A DNA stretch of 64,000 nt from Pseudomonadota bacterium. GTDB taxonomy: Bacteria; Myxococcota_A; Polyangia; Polyangiales; JAKSBK01. The notes below the pieces were generated by a model. The model saw nothing but the letters and a program-made list of their open reading frames with translations. It did not search any database and was not told the origin of the DNA. Shown here in pieces: positions 51,301 through 59,600 of the stretch. Each line of letters starts with the position of its first letter. Position 1 is the first letter of the stretch. The position numbers and the translations under genes were made by a program. The DNA lies in NCBI GenBank assembly GCA_022361155.1, contig JAKSBK010000148.1:1045-65044 (forward strand). Direction: 5' to 3'.

Positions 51301-53645
51301 GACTGTTTCCCGGCGTGCGGCTTCAGAACGTCTACGGTCCGACCGAGGCTACGGTGGACGCGACGGCATGGTCCACGGGCGCTGTGTCGATGGCGGGCGC
51401 GGCTCGCGCGGGCGTTGTGCCGATCGGCGCTCCGATCGACGGGGTGCGCTGCTTGGTGCTCGACCGACATCTGCATCCGGTTGCCGCAGGCGCGGTGGGG
51501 CAGCTCTACCTGGGCGGCGCCGGTCTCGCCCGCGGCTATATCGCGCAACCCGGCTTGACAGCCGAGCGCTTCGTTCCAGACCCGTGCGCGCAAGTGCCCG
51601 GTGCGCGCTTGTACCGAACCGGTGATCTCGTAGTGCAGGAGCAAGATGGGAGCCTGGGCTTCGTTTCACGGGACGACGCACAGGTCAAGCTGCACGGCCA
51701 GCGCGTCGAGCTCGGTGAAATCGAAACGGCACTGCGTTCTCTTGCCGCAGTGGGACAGGCGGCTGTAGCGCTAGGGAAGCTCGACAAGGGGGGCGTTCCA
51801 GTGCTGGTCGCGTATGTCACAGCCTCCGGCGGGCAGCTCGATCAAGATCGGTTGCGGCGGGGTCTCGCAGAGCGCCTCCCGGCCTACATGGTCCCTGGCG
51901 TGTTTCGCGTGCTCGAGCGGATGCCGCTCGCGCCCAGCGGCAAGCTCGACCGTGCGGCGTTGCCGGACGTGTTGCCCGAGCCTCGCGCAACCAGCCGTTC
52001 GCGCGTCGAGCCTCGAGGCCCCGCGGAACGTAGCCTTGCTGCGCTTTGGCAAGAGTTGCTGCGCGTGCCGAGCGTGGGCCGAGAAAATGAGTTCTTCGAG
52101 CTCGGCGGTGATTCGATCCTGAGCATCCAACTGGTGAGCCGCGCCCGCCGGCTCGGCTTCGTCTTGAGCCCTCGCGACGTGTTCGAGCACCCGACCCTGG
52201 CAGCGTTGGCTGAACGTTGCGCGGCGCGCGGCCCTGTGCCGCAGCTCGACGAAGCGCCCGAAGGCACGGTGCCTCCAACACCGATTCAGTGCTGGTTCAT
52301 GGAACAGGAACTAGCCAATCCACACCACTACAACCAGGCCGTCTTTCTGGAATTGCCGAGTCCTCGTGATCCCGATCGGCTGCGGCGTGCGCTGCAACAT
52401 CTGGTACATGAGCATGCGGCGCTGCGATTGCGCTTCGAGCTGGGAGCGAGACGGCAGTACTACGCCAGCCCGGGTGGGGATGGTTGGCCGCTGTCGATCG
52501 TGAATCTGGCCCGGCGAACCCCGGCCGAGCAGGAACGCGCGTTCCGGCGTCACAACCGGCGGGCGCAAGCAACGCTGCATCTCGAGCGGGGACCCGTGTG
52601 CCGGGCCGTCTACTACCGGTGCGGTCTTGCGCGCGCCGACAGGCTCTTGTTGGTCCTGCATCACCTGGTCGTAGACACGGTGTCCTGGCGCATCCTGCTG
52701 GAGGACCTCGAGGCGGCGTACACGGAGTTGCAGTCAGGCACAGCACCCGAGCCAAGGCACCGAACCGCCAGCTACCAGCGCTGGGCCGCGCGCTTGCATG
52801 CCTATGCCGGGACGCCCGAGCTGCGGCGGGAGGCCGGCTACTGGCAGAGCCTGGCGTGGACCGAGGTCAAGCGCCTGCCCCAGGAGGCCACGGAATATAA
52901 TGCGGGTCGCGGTGAGGTACGCGCTTCGCTGTCTGTGCAGGCGACGGAACATCTGCTGCGCAGCGTGCCTCCCGTCTACGACACGCGCATTCAGCACGCG
53001 CTGCTGGCCGGGCTTACCCAAGTGATCGGTGCCTGGCTCGACTGTTCGCAGGTACTGCTCGACCTCGAGGGCCACGGGCGCAGCACGCACTTCGAAGATA
53101 GCGACGTGTCGCGGACCGTGGGCTGGTTTACCACCATCTACCCGGTCTTGTTGCCCGTGCGGGATGGACCCGGCGAAGTCTTACGCGGCGTGCGCGATAC
53201 CTTGCGGGCGGTCCCCGGCGAAGGGCTTGGTTTCGGTATCCTGCGTTACTTGACCGAGCCGCCGGCGTTGTCTCGCACGCTGCCAAGCCCCGAGCTCAGC
53301 TTCAACTACCTCGGGCAACTCGACGCAGGCGCAGGCGCCGGCACCGGCGTGCGCCTCATCGAAGGTGCGGGGCCTACCAGCGACCCAGGTAATCGCTTTC
53401 GCCACCCGATGGACGTCAGCGCTTACATTCGTGGCGGCCAGCTGCACGTGTGTTGGAGCTACGCCCCGGGTCGATTGCTTGCCAGGACCGTCGCAGCACT
53501 GAGCGATGCCTACTTGCACGCGCTCGAACGCCTGGTTGCCCACTGCCTGCAGCAGGGAAGAGCTCGCTACGCGCCGTCGGACTTCCCTGAAGCCGCGCTC
53601 GATCAGGCGTCGCTTGCACGGATCGTGGAGACGATGGAGCCATGA
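42369..53645 (+). CDS. NRPS 3: C-A-T-C-A-T-C-A-T-E (modules 5-7)
   Basis: The ATG overlaps the NRPS 2 stop (ATGA). C: YPASCEQQRLW, HHLVADGVS. A: FDFSVWE, NMYGITETAVH. T: FFQRGGDSIL. C: HHHLLLDGWS. A: FDAAVWELWPYL, NHYGPTEHTVV. T: FFTLGGDSIVS. C: APLQEGLLFH, HHHAILDGWS. A: FDGALWEVF, NVYGPTEATVD. T: FFELGGDSILS. E: HHLVVDTVSWRIL. The tail is YAPSDFPEA. Confidence 0.95.
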   Translation: MSLTAERAGNHTADREYPASCEQQRLWTLAQLEPAGSAYHIAAALRLRGSLDESALREAFRRLVARHPSLRTCFVHDGRQLLQRVSDQLDWPFERLDPSSLTCAARARLQRESAGWTQPGELAQLHEALQRPFPLANGPLGRVTLLSLAAREHILVVTVHHLVADGVSMQVLARQWAELYAALSSGAALPCDEPCAPYSAYSEWQRDWLEGDTAREQLDYWRLELSPVASGPFARGRGSDPSGAGRKAGRLALELPARLCRELADLSRRQRASLFMTLHAALHALLYRYGGPGDVRVGTPIANRMRPEWTESVGLFANTVVLRSRCQGSLRFSELLEQIKARALKAYGNQALPFDRIVERLAPAREPGRNPLFQVLFSMQQMPAPFRAGGLACEPLSLPPRDAKLELALHAFTNTRAAGAAPGLALALEYERGLLDAARAQRLLDSYRGLLKRVVHDPHVRLGNLELVGEPKPRPPQQATSGTATSLTNLVEWFAARAASTPERIALSYENRSLTYRELDELSNRLAHALCDRGAGPEKRIAVALPSSLELVIAILGTLKAGAAYVPIEQQLPEARQRYLVKDAGAMLVLADSAPSLGDNAQVLSVPRLLESASQHADRPLVDLDPDNLAYVIYTSGSTGRPKGVGISHRQVVRLFRATQPDFGFGPRDVWALLHSHAFDFSVWELWGALLYGGQLVVVPSRVSRDPGALQDLLVSRGVTVLNQTPSAFYELARQLIAFPEPGLGLHTIVFGGEALDRRRLDGWFSHFGRHPRLANMYGITETAVHVTCAWLGPAPSQPAGAGASLVGEPLRDRYVRLLDGDGNCVPEGMPGELCVGGGGIGRGYLDRPGLTAERFVPDALGPAGSRLYRSGDLARTSEHGLEFLGRLDAQIKLRGYRIEPGEIAAVLREHPRVRDAVVLLTRRDTTACDDHSRPGMLIAYVVPDRCQDQAPDRDSAHGLDHDDLRAGALAFAATRLPEYMLPAEVVLLERLPLTPNGKLDRQALPGVQSAEAPSRHARPHNERERKLAAIFASVLGLSEVSVHDSFFQRGGDSILAMQVVHRARKAGIELTPQQLFRHQSVEALAVSSRERAKPLPSSVAPRPQDEDWQRRQRERLAARFPALEQVLPLTSLHKGLWFQSQHAPEDPVYHEQLTLSFRGEYRLAAWRSAWTRVLERHPVLRSAFIWEGSEDPCQLVLEPGALDLPLVIHDLSRLPSAQQGARLEDLQKEAYAQPFRFDEAPLFRLQLVTTAAREFHLIWTHHHLLLDGWSVAQVLGELLAAHRSARTGEAAALAPVPSYQEYLRWRAARDTRAAERFWKRELEALPAPTRLVDPSAGPRPAGAGSHERAELTLDLEQTEALRAFCRSHALTPNSVLSAVWALLLGRYTGATDVCFGITLAGRPSELQGIQRAVGLFIETLPLRIKLASEQRLIDWLADSQLRQAAMQEHLGHGLPEVARWAGRAPGELFECLWVFENYRLDEDMRKPDPELELHAYRYADRTHYPLTVAASCGRRVLIRVNHESRRFGSRFVSQLLEHYRQLLLDVLCEDASDRVLASLGLRAAGPASVAAVSAFSRGPGNALDWAHPASDVIAQFEAHVQHRPSASALRDGRCTLSYAELDARANRLAHALATRIEAEPDVGVAVLLPRSIEWVVALLGTLKSGCAYIPIDPQTPAARVLALLKDAAPAAVISDRQHEPVLARCGAPVLYLDALSDAAAAAEPRFRRSAIHASQLAYVIYTSGSTGTPKGVAVSRGSLLNLCAWHRDQYRLGVGDRGSLVAGLGFDAAVWELWPYLCGGASLQIIDECTRHDPAALLRELTRQGVTIAFVPTPLAQRMLELPWPQQSTLRCLLTGGDRLQPLDAAPPVQLVNHYGPTEHTVVATATVIDECAGRHPPIGRPIGDTRAYVLDSAMNPLPAGVPGELWLGGKSLARGYLGSPARTAARFRPDRFGCAGERLYRTGDRVRWRSDGQLEFLGRIDRQLKLQGVRIELAEVEAALAAQPTLRRAAVVLSEPGQAPPQLVAFVSSEPGTFDEAALRRALLESLPPAMVPARFIEIEQLPLTSRGKVDYEALRRSVPGAGKRELAATEGRDRIERTLLEIWRDLLRARDFGVHDNFFTLGGDSIVSLQMLNRARERGIELKSRQVFEAPTVAALARVARSPHQPDQAAAARPVRVSEADLNRLATLLRSKGVLGAKDRASAAIEDAYRLAPLQEGLLFHELTRDREPGPGTYIQQASVLLRGVLDASALAAAWRLMLERHAALRTAIVWEQVERPQQVVLAPREPGARSELVRRDLRSLSRPARKQRLEQLLAAEREQRFELCAPPLCRALLVQTHDQRWQLVLTHHHAILDGWSLGLLLEEWSRAYAALAKGAQPRFAPPGSYRAFVDWLAGQDAAAACAHFRCELNGAAPTLVAETTLVAETTAAWLASERAPHPSGAGRAELVARLPRDLEDRLREQARGTGLTLNTFCQAAWALVLARRCRADQAVFGVTVAGRPAGVAQTERALGLFINTLPARIELPPAAVVGAWLASVQAQNAERTEHAFLPLSEAIRAWLPAGSAPAGDGRPTLFDSLFVFENYPVERALGQLVGLEVESVRVHHFTHYPLAVVVMPGPPLRLRLTFRTDRLSESDAHRLASSMITVLGQLAGRPGARLGELSSCLQVGLQAGTHPEPFIPVHSRFEAQVERAPDAPALLWRDAAWSYASLNRAANRAARALLTLGLEPEQRVAVALRRSPRQIALLLGVLKAGGAFVVLEPEQPVARLRSMLQQAGARLLLTDLDPAHPLRCGASAGCTVLEGRGASAGCTVLEAESLDGCPGGGNPGLHVHEQALAYVLFTSGSTGRPKGVAIGHGSWSNHLGWLCRERELSAADRVLYKSSLGFDGALWEVFGALAAGSSVVVAGSGLERDAEGLLALAVRHQVSVAQFVPSLLAAHLDSWALRPELCRLPLRLLACGGEALPVELATRVLRLFPGVRLQNVYGPTEATVDATAWSTGAVSMAGAARAGVVPIGAPIDGVRCLVLDRHLHPVAAGAVGQLYLGGAGLARGYIAQPGLTAERFVPDPCAQVPGARLYRTGDLVVQEQDGSLGFVSRDDAQVKLHGQRVELGEIETALRSLAAVGQAAVALGKLDKGGVPVLVAYVTASGGQLDQDRLRRGLAERLPAYMVPGVFRVLERMPLAPSGKLDRAALPDVLPEPRATSRSRVEPRGPAERSLAALWQELLRVPSVGRENEFFELGGDSILSIQLVSRARRLGFVLSPRDVFEHPTLAALAERCAARGPVPQLDEAPEGTVPPTPIQCWFMEQELANPHHYNQAVFLELPSPRDPDRLRRALQHLVHEHAALRLRFELGARRQYYASPGGDGWPLSIVNLARRTPAEQERAFRRHNRRAQATLHLERGPVCRAVYYRCGLARADRLLLVLHHLVVDTVSWRILLEDLEAAYTELQSGTAPEPRHRTASYQRWAARLHAYAGTPELRREAGYWQSLAWTEVKRLPQEATEYNAGRGEVRASLSVQATEHLLRSVPPVYDTRIQHALLAGLTQVIGAWLDCSQVLLDLEGHGRSTHFEDSDVSRTVGWFTTIYPVLLPVRDGPGEVLRGVRDTLRAVPGEGLGFGILRYLTEPPALSRTLPSPELSFNYLGQLDAGAGAGTGVRLIEGAGPTSDPGNRFRHPMDVSAYIRGGQLHVCWSYAPGRLLARTVAALSDAYLHALERLVAHCLQQGRARYAPSDFPEAALDQASLARIVETMEP
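49620..49655 (+). repeat. 18-bp exact in-frame duplication (TLVAET x2) in the module-7 C domain
   Basis: acgctcgttgccgaaacc occurs at 49620 and 49638. Confidence 0.95.
50755..50826 (+). repeat. 36-bp in-frame tandem duplication (GASAGCTVLEGR / GASAGCTVLEAE) in the module-7 A domain
   Basis: gcggcgcgagcgccggctgtaccgtgcttgaag occurs at 50755 and 50791, between A-domain core motifs A2 and A3. Confidence 0.95.
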
Positions 53646-56600
53646 GCATACAGGCGCCGGTCACGGCAGCGACAGCGAGTCGGCGGGCGATCGAGGACAT
53701 CCTTCCGTTGTCGCCCGCTCAGCAGGGCATGCTCTTCCACAGCGTGCTCAGCCCGGAGGCGGCTAGCTATCGCGTCTCGGCCGTGTACCGTCTGGCGGGC
53801 GCGCTCGGCCCCGCGCAGTTTCGCCGCGCATGGAGTGAGGTCTTACGGCGCCACGACGCGCTGCGCAGCGCCTTCGTCTGGCAGGAAGCAGAGCAGCCCC
53901 TGCAGATCGTGCTGCGGGCCGACACCCTCCCGTTGCCGCTCGAGTTTCTGGATTGGCGGGATGCCTCGCCCGCCGGGCAGCGCGCCAGGTTGGAAGCGTT
54001 GCTCGAACAGGAGCTGGCGCGAGGTTTCGAGCTCAAACAGGCGCCCCTGCTGCGCCTTTACCTGGCGACCCTGAGCTCGGACTCATTTTACGTGATCTTC
54101 AGTCATCACCACCTGATTCTCGATGGCTGGAGCAGCGTCGTCTTGCTGGGCGAGGTACTGCGCTTGTGCCAGGAGAATCCGCCGGTGCAAAGCACGCAGC
54201 TCCCACCTGCTACGGCGTACTCGGACTACATTCGCTGGTTGGGCAAGCAGGATCGAGCGGCGGCCCGGTCGTACTGGCAGCGCAGCCTGGCGGGTGTCCC
54301 CGTGCCGACTCCGCTCCCAGGCGATCGCTCCGGCCACGACGGCGGTGCCCGCGGCGACGCGCACGCCTACGCGGAAACCGTCTCTCGTCTGAGCTTGGAC
54401 CAAACCGCACGCCTCAGGGGCTCAGCCGGCAGGCAGCACGTTACGCTGAGCACGCTCCTGCAAGCCGCGTGGGGTCTCGTGCTGGGACGCTATGCCGGCA
54501 CTTCGGATGTGGTTTTTGGAGCTACCGTGTCAGGCCGGCCACCGGGGCTGCCAGAAAGCGAGCGCATGGTTGGCCTGCTCGTCAACAGCCTGCCGGTGCG
54601 TGTGCGCTGGACCGCAGGCACCAACCTCTCGCAGCTGCTGGCCACGCTACATAAGCAGTGCTTGTCGGTACGCGAGCTCGAGTTTAGCGCGCTCTCGGAC
54701 ATCCAGCGCTGGTGCGGAGCCGGGAGGCTATTCGACAGCTTGTTGGTCGTGGATAATTTCCCGCTCGAGCCCCTCAGGGGCGCCGGCTCCCAGCGCTTGC
54801 AGGCGCAGCCGCTGACCAGTGAAGAGCGGGCATTGATCGACCGCTGGACGGCCCAGCGCAATCACTATCCTCTTACGCTGGTCGTTGTGCCTGGTGACCG
54901 ACTGCAGCTCCGTTTGTCCTATCAGCGCAGCCTCTTCAGCGACAAACGCGCCAGGCACTTGCTTGCCGGCGTGCGCGAGACCCTGATCGGGCTCGCCGCA
55001 GCCGCGCCCGGGGCTCCCGCCGGGAGCCTTTGCTTCGCAGCCCGAGACCCCGGCGTGGCGCCGGCGCGGCGCCAGCGGCCGGCCGCGGCCGGTTGGCTGG
55101 CGGCGCTGAGCCTACAGGCCCACAGCGATCCGTGCGCTCCTGCGCTCTTGTGCGAACAGACCGCCGTCGATTGGCGTTCGCTCGATCGGCGCTCGAGCCT
55201 CGTGGCCGCGCGCCTCCGCGCGCGCGGCGTAGTGGAGGAGACTCGGGTGGCGTTGCTGCTGCCGCGCGCTAGCGAGTGGATCGTGGCCATGCTCGGCGTG
55301 CTCAAGGCCGGTGGTGCCTACGTGCCGCTCGATAATCAGGCTCCCCCTGCGCGCCTGCACTACTGCTTGCGGGATTCGGGCGCGCGGTTTGTAATCGCCA
55401 CCTCGGAGCACGACGCACGCCATCGCTGCGGCGAGCAGGCGGCAGCTCGTTTTCTGGTGTGGTCGGACCTCGAGGCCGGGGCCGGCACCGCATCGAACGA
55501 CCCGAGCACGAAGCTCGAATTCGCGCCTCCGCACGCGCAACAGCTCGCCTACATACTTTATACGTCGGGCTCTACCGGCCACCCCAAAGGCGTGGCGGTC
55601 ACGCACCAGAATCTGAGCGAGTACGTGGCGGCTCTCCAGGAGCGGGTGCAGCTGCCGCGCAACGCCCGCTGGGGCTGGCTTTCGAGCGTGGCCGTGGATC
55701 TCGGCAACACCAGCGTGTTTGGCGCCCTCGGCACGGGGCGCCCGCTGGTGGTGGTGAGCGAGCGTGAGGCCGAAAACGCAGATCAGGTGGCGGCACGACT
55801 GCGCTCGGCACAAGTCGATTGCCTGAAGATCGCCCCTTCGCACCTGAGCGCACTACTGAGCGCGGCCGCCGCACCGCAGGGGCTCATTCCACGTCACACG
55901 TTGCTGCTCGGCGGCGAGCCGTTGCACGAGTCGTGCGTACGGCGGGTTCGCGCTCTCGAGCCGGAGTGCCGGATCCTGAACCACTACGGCCCGACCGAAA
56001 CCACGATCGGTGTTACGGCGCACGGGCTGCCCCCGTCCGATGCCGATGAGGCCCGATCCGGCCTCGACAGCGGCGAGCCCGAGGCGCGGCGTATCCATCC
56101 CATCGGTGCTCCCTTCGGGCACGTCGCGATTCGGATTCTAGACAGCAGCGGCCAACCCGCGCCCGAAGGCGGCGCGGGTGAGCTGTGTGTTGCCGGCAGC
56201 GCGCTCGCGCGCGGTTACTTCGGGCGCCCGTCAATGACCGCGGAACGCTTCGTGCCGGATCCCTTTGGGTGCGGCGGGCGACTCTATCGCACGGGCGACA
56301 AGGTGTGCATGCGCGCCGGCCTGTTGCATTTCCTGGGGCGGCTCGACTCGCAGCTGAAGCTGCACGGCCAGCGTATCGAGCCTCAAGAGATCGAGCGTTG
56401 CCTCGCTGGCTGCGCGGGCGTGCTGGCGGCCGCGGTGGACCTGCAGTCTGGACCGCAGGGCGAGCGCTTGGTGGGTTTCTTGGTGTCCGGTCCGGGCTCG
56501 GCGCTCGACCTTACGGCGATCGAGCACGTGCTGCGCGCCGAATTGCCGCGAGGCATGATTCCGGCCGCCTGGAGGGTCTTGTCCGAGCTGCCGCTTTTGC

Positions 56601-59600
56601 CGAGCGGCAAGCTCGACCGCGCATCGCTGCGCAAGCGAGCACCCGATGTGGAACAAGCTCGCTACGACGCTCCCAAGGATGCGCTCGAGGAGCAGCTGGC
56701 CACGATCTGGCGGCACGTGCTGAAGCGCGCACGTATCGGAACGAACGAGAGTTTCTTTGCGCTGGGGGGCGATTCCATCCTCGGCTTGCAGGTCGTGGCG
56801 CGGGCCCGGCGGGCAGGCATTCCGGTCACCCCAAGGCAGCTGTTCGAGGCCAGGACCGTTGCCCGCCTCGCCGAGCTGGTCGGGGACGCGATCGACTCGT
56901 CCGGCAGCCTGCCGGCCCAAACCGGGTCGTGGCTGCTGACGCCGATCCAGCGCTGGTTCTTCGAGCAGGCCATCCCCGACCGCAACCACTTCAACCAAGC
57001 GCTGCTCTTGCCTCTTTCCGAGGCCTTGGAGCGACAGGCGCTGCAACGTGCCTTGGCCCGGATCATCGAGCATCACCCCGTGCTTCGATCGCGCTTTGTG
57101 GCGCGCGAGCAGGACATGGCCGAGCGAGGCTTTCGCCAGGAGCTGCTTGCGAACGCACCGCCGCCGCAGCTGCAGTGGATCACGTCCGAAGGCTTCGACG
57201 AGCTGGAGCTCGGACGCACGGTCGAGCGGGTCTCGCAGGGTTTGCAGCGTTCGCTCGATCTTGGCCGGGGCCGGGTCGTTGCCGCAGCCTATGTTGGCGC
57301 AGCCCATGGCAAGCCGGCCACCGAGCAGGCTCGTGATGCCGACCTGCACGACCGGGCGCCGGCCGGCTACCTGCTCTTGGTGGCGCACCATCTGGTGGTC
57401 GACGCGGTATCGTGGCGGATTCTACTTGACGACTTGCATGCGGCCTACACCGGTAGCCGCCTGTCGGAGCCGTCGCTGCCCTACTCGGCCTGGTCCGAAC
57501 GATTGGCCGCCCGCGCGCGTTCTCCGGAGCTGGCAGGGCAACTCCAGTACTGGCGGCGCCAAGCGCGGCCGCTGGACTTGCCGCTCGACTACACTGGCGA
57601 CCCTGCAAGCGATAATCGCTATCGGGATATGGGCACCGTGCGGCTGGCGCTCGATGCCGGCGAGACCGGCGCCCTGCTACAACACGTTCCAGTGACCTTT
57701 CGCGCGACGCTCGCGGAAGCTGCTCTGTTCGCAGTGGCGCGCGTGCTTGCACGCTGGTGTGGCGGCGAGCGGGCGGGGGTCGAGCTCGAGAGCCACGGCC
57801 GCGAGCTCCCGGGCGCTGAAGAGCTCGACTTGTCGAGCAGCGTGGGCTGGTTCACCGCGCGCTTTCCACTTTCGTTGCACGCGGATCCGAAACTCGACTG
57901 TGCCGCTGGTTTGATTTCGATCAAAGAGCAGCTGCGAGGCGCACCGGATGCGGGCGTGAGCTACGGTGTGTTGCGCTACCTGGATCCGGCCGGTCATGAG
58001 CTCGCTCTCTTGCCTCGCCCGGAAGTCAGCTTCAACTACCTCGGTCGAATCGATCTCGGCCTGCGCAGCGAACGCTGGCTGGCTACCGAGCGCGCCAGGA
58101 CTTTCGAGCTTCCTCATGCGGGCGACCAGCGCGATCCCAACGCCGAGCGCGCGACGTTGCTCGCGATCAATGCGCAGCTGGATGCTGGCTGCCTGCGTTT
58201 TTCCTGGTCCTTCAGCAACGCCCTGCACAAGGCCGAGACCATCCAGGATCTGGCCGAATCGGTACGAGCCGAGCTGCGGGAGCTCGCGGCGAGCGCGGAG
58301 GCTGCCCAACGGGGCGTGATCAGCCCGAGCGACGTTCGGCTTTCGGGTTTTAGCGCACGCGAGCTCGAGGCGCTCGCCGTGGACGGCCGGCAGATCGAGG
58401 ATGTGTACCGCTGCGCTCCGCTGCAGGAGGGGTTGCTCGTTCATGGATTGCTGGATCGGGCGGGGTATGTCTGCCAACTCGCCGCGGAAGTGCAAGGGCT
58501 GGACGCGGATGTGCTCGAGCGCGCCTGGCGCGAGCTCGTGCAGCGGCATGCCATGCTGCGTACCGAGTTCCGGTGGCAGCGCGAAGACGGGGGCGAGCTG
58601 CCTTGGCCCGTGCAAGTAGTTCGTCACGAGGTGGCCGTGCGGGTGCGGCGGCTCGATCTGTCGCAGCTAAGCGAACAGGAGCAGGAGGAGCGCTGGCTCG
58701 CCGAGCTGCGAAACGACACCGAGCAAGGCTACGACCTGGCAAGGGCGCCGCTTTGGCGCTGGCTGGTAGCCGACTGCGGCGGGGGAAGGCAGCGCGTGCT
58801 CTGGAGCAGGCACCACGTCTTGCTCGATGGCTGGTGCTCCTCGCGGCTGCTTGGCGAGCTGACGCTGCTGATCGCAGGGCAGGCGCGCGATCGATCCGTC
58901 CAGTTGCCGCCCGTCGCCGCGTACCGCGACTACATCGCCTGGCTGGCGGCCCAGGACTTGGACGCAGCGGACGCGTTCTTTGAGCGCTGTCTTCGCAGCT
59001 TCGAGCAAGCTACGTCTTTGCCTCTCGACAGCTCTCCAGCGCGGGCTCAGGCCGGCCTGGGTGCTGGGACGCCGCGCGAACGCATGGCTCAGGCGACGCT
59101 CGAGCTCGATGCGTCGGCCAGCGGTCAATTGCGAACCTGGGTTGCGACCCGTGAGCTAACGCTCAACACGCTGTGCCAGGGGGCATGGGCGCTCTTACTT
59201 GCACGAACAAGTGGCGAACAGCGCGTGACTTTCGGCGTCACGGTGAGCGGGCGGCCGGCCGAGCTGCCGGATGTGGAGCACATGTTGGGGCTCTTCATCA
59301 ACAGCCTGCCCCTTTGCGTGGCTTGCCCCTCGGCCGCCCCCGTGGTCGCGTGGCTGAAGCAGCTGCAGGCGTACAACAGCGAGCTGCGACGCTACGAATA
59401 CAGCTCGCTGCGGCGGCTTCAGGCGCGAGCGCATGCGCAGTCTTCGGGCTCGATCAGGGTGCTCTTCGAGAGCTTGTTGGTGTTCGAGAACTATCCACTG
59501 GACGCAGCGCTCCGCCGCCCGGGCCCGCTCAAAGTTCTCCGCGCACACAGTCGGGACTATACCCACTATCCGCTGGCGCTCGTCGTGGTGCCCGGCGAAC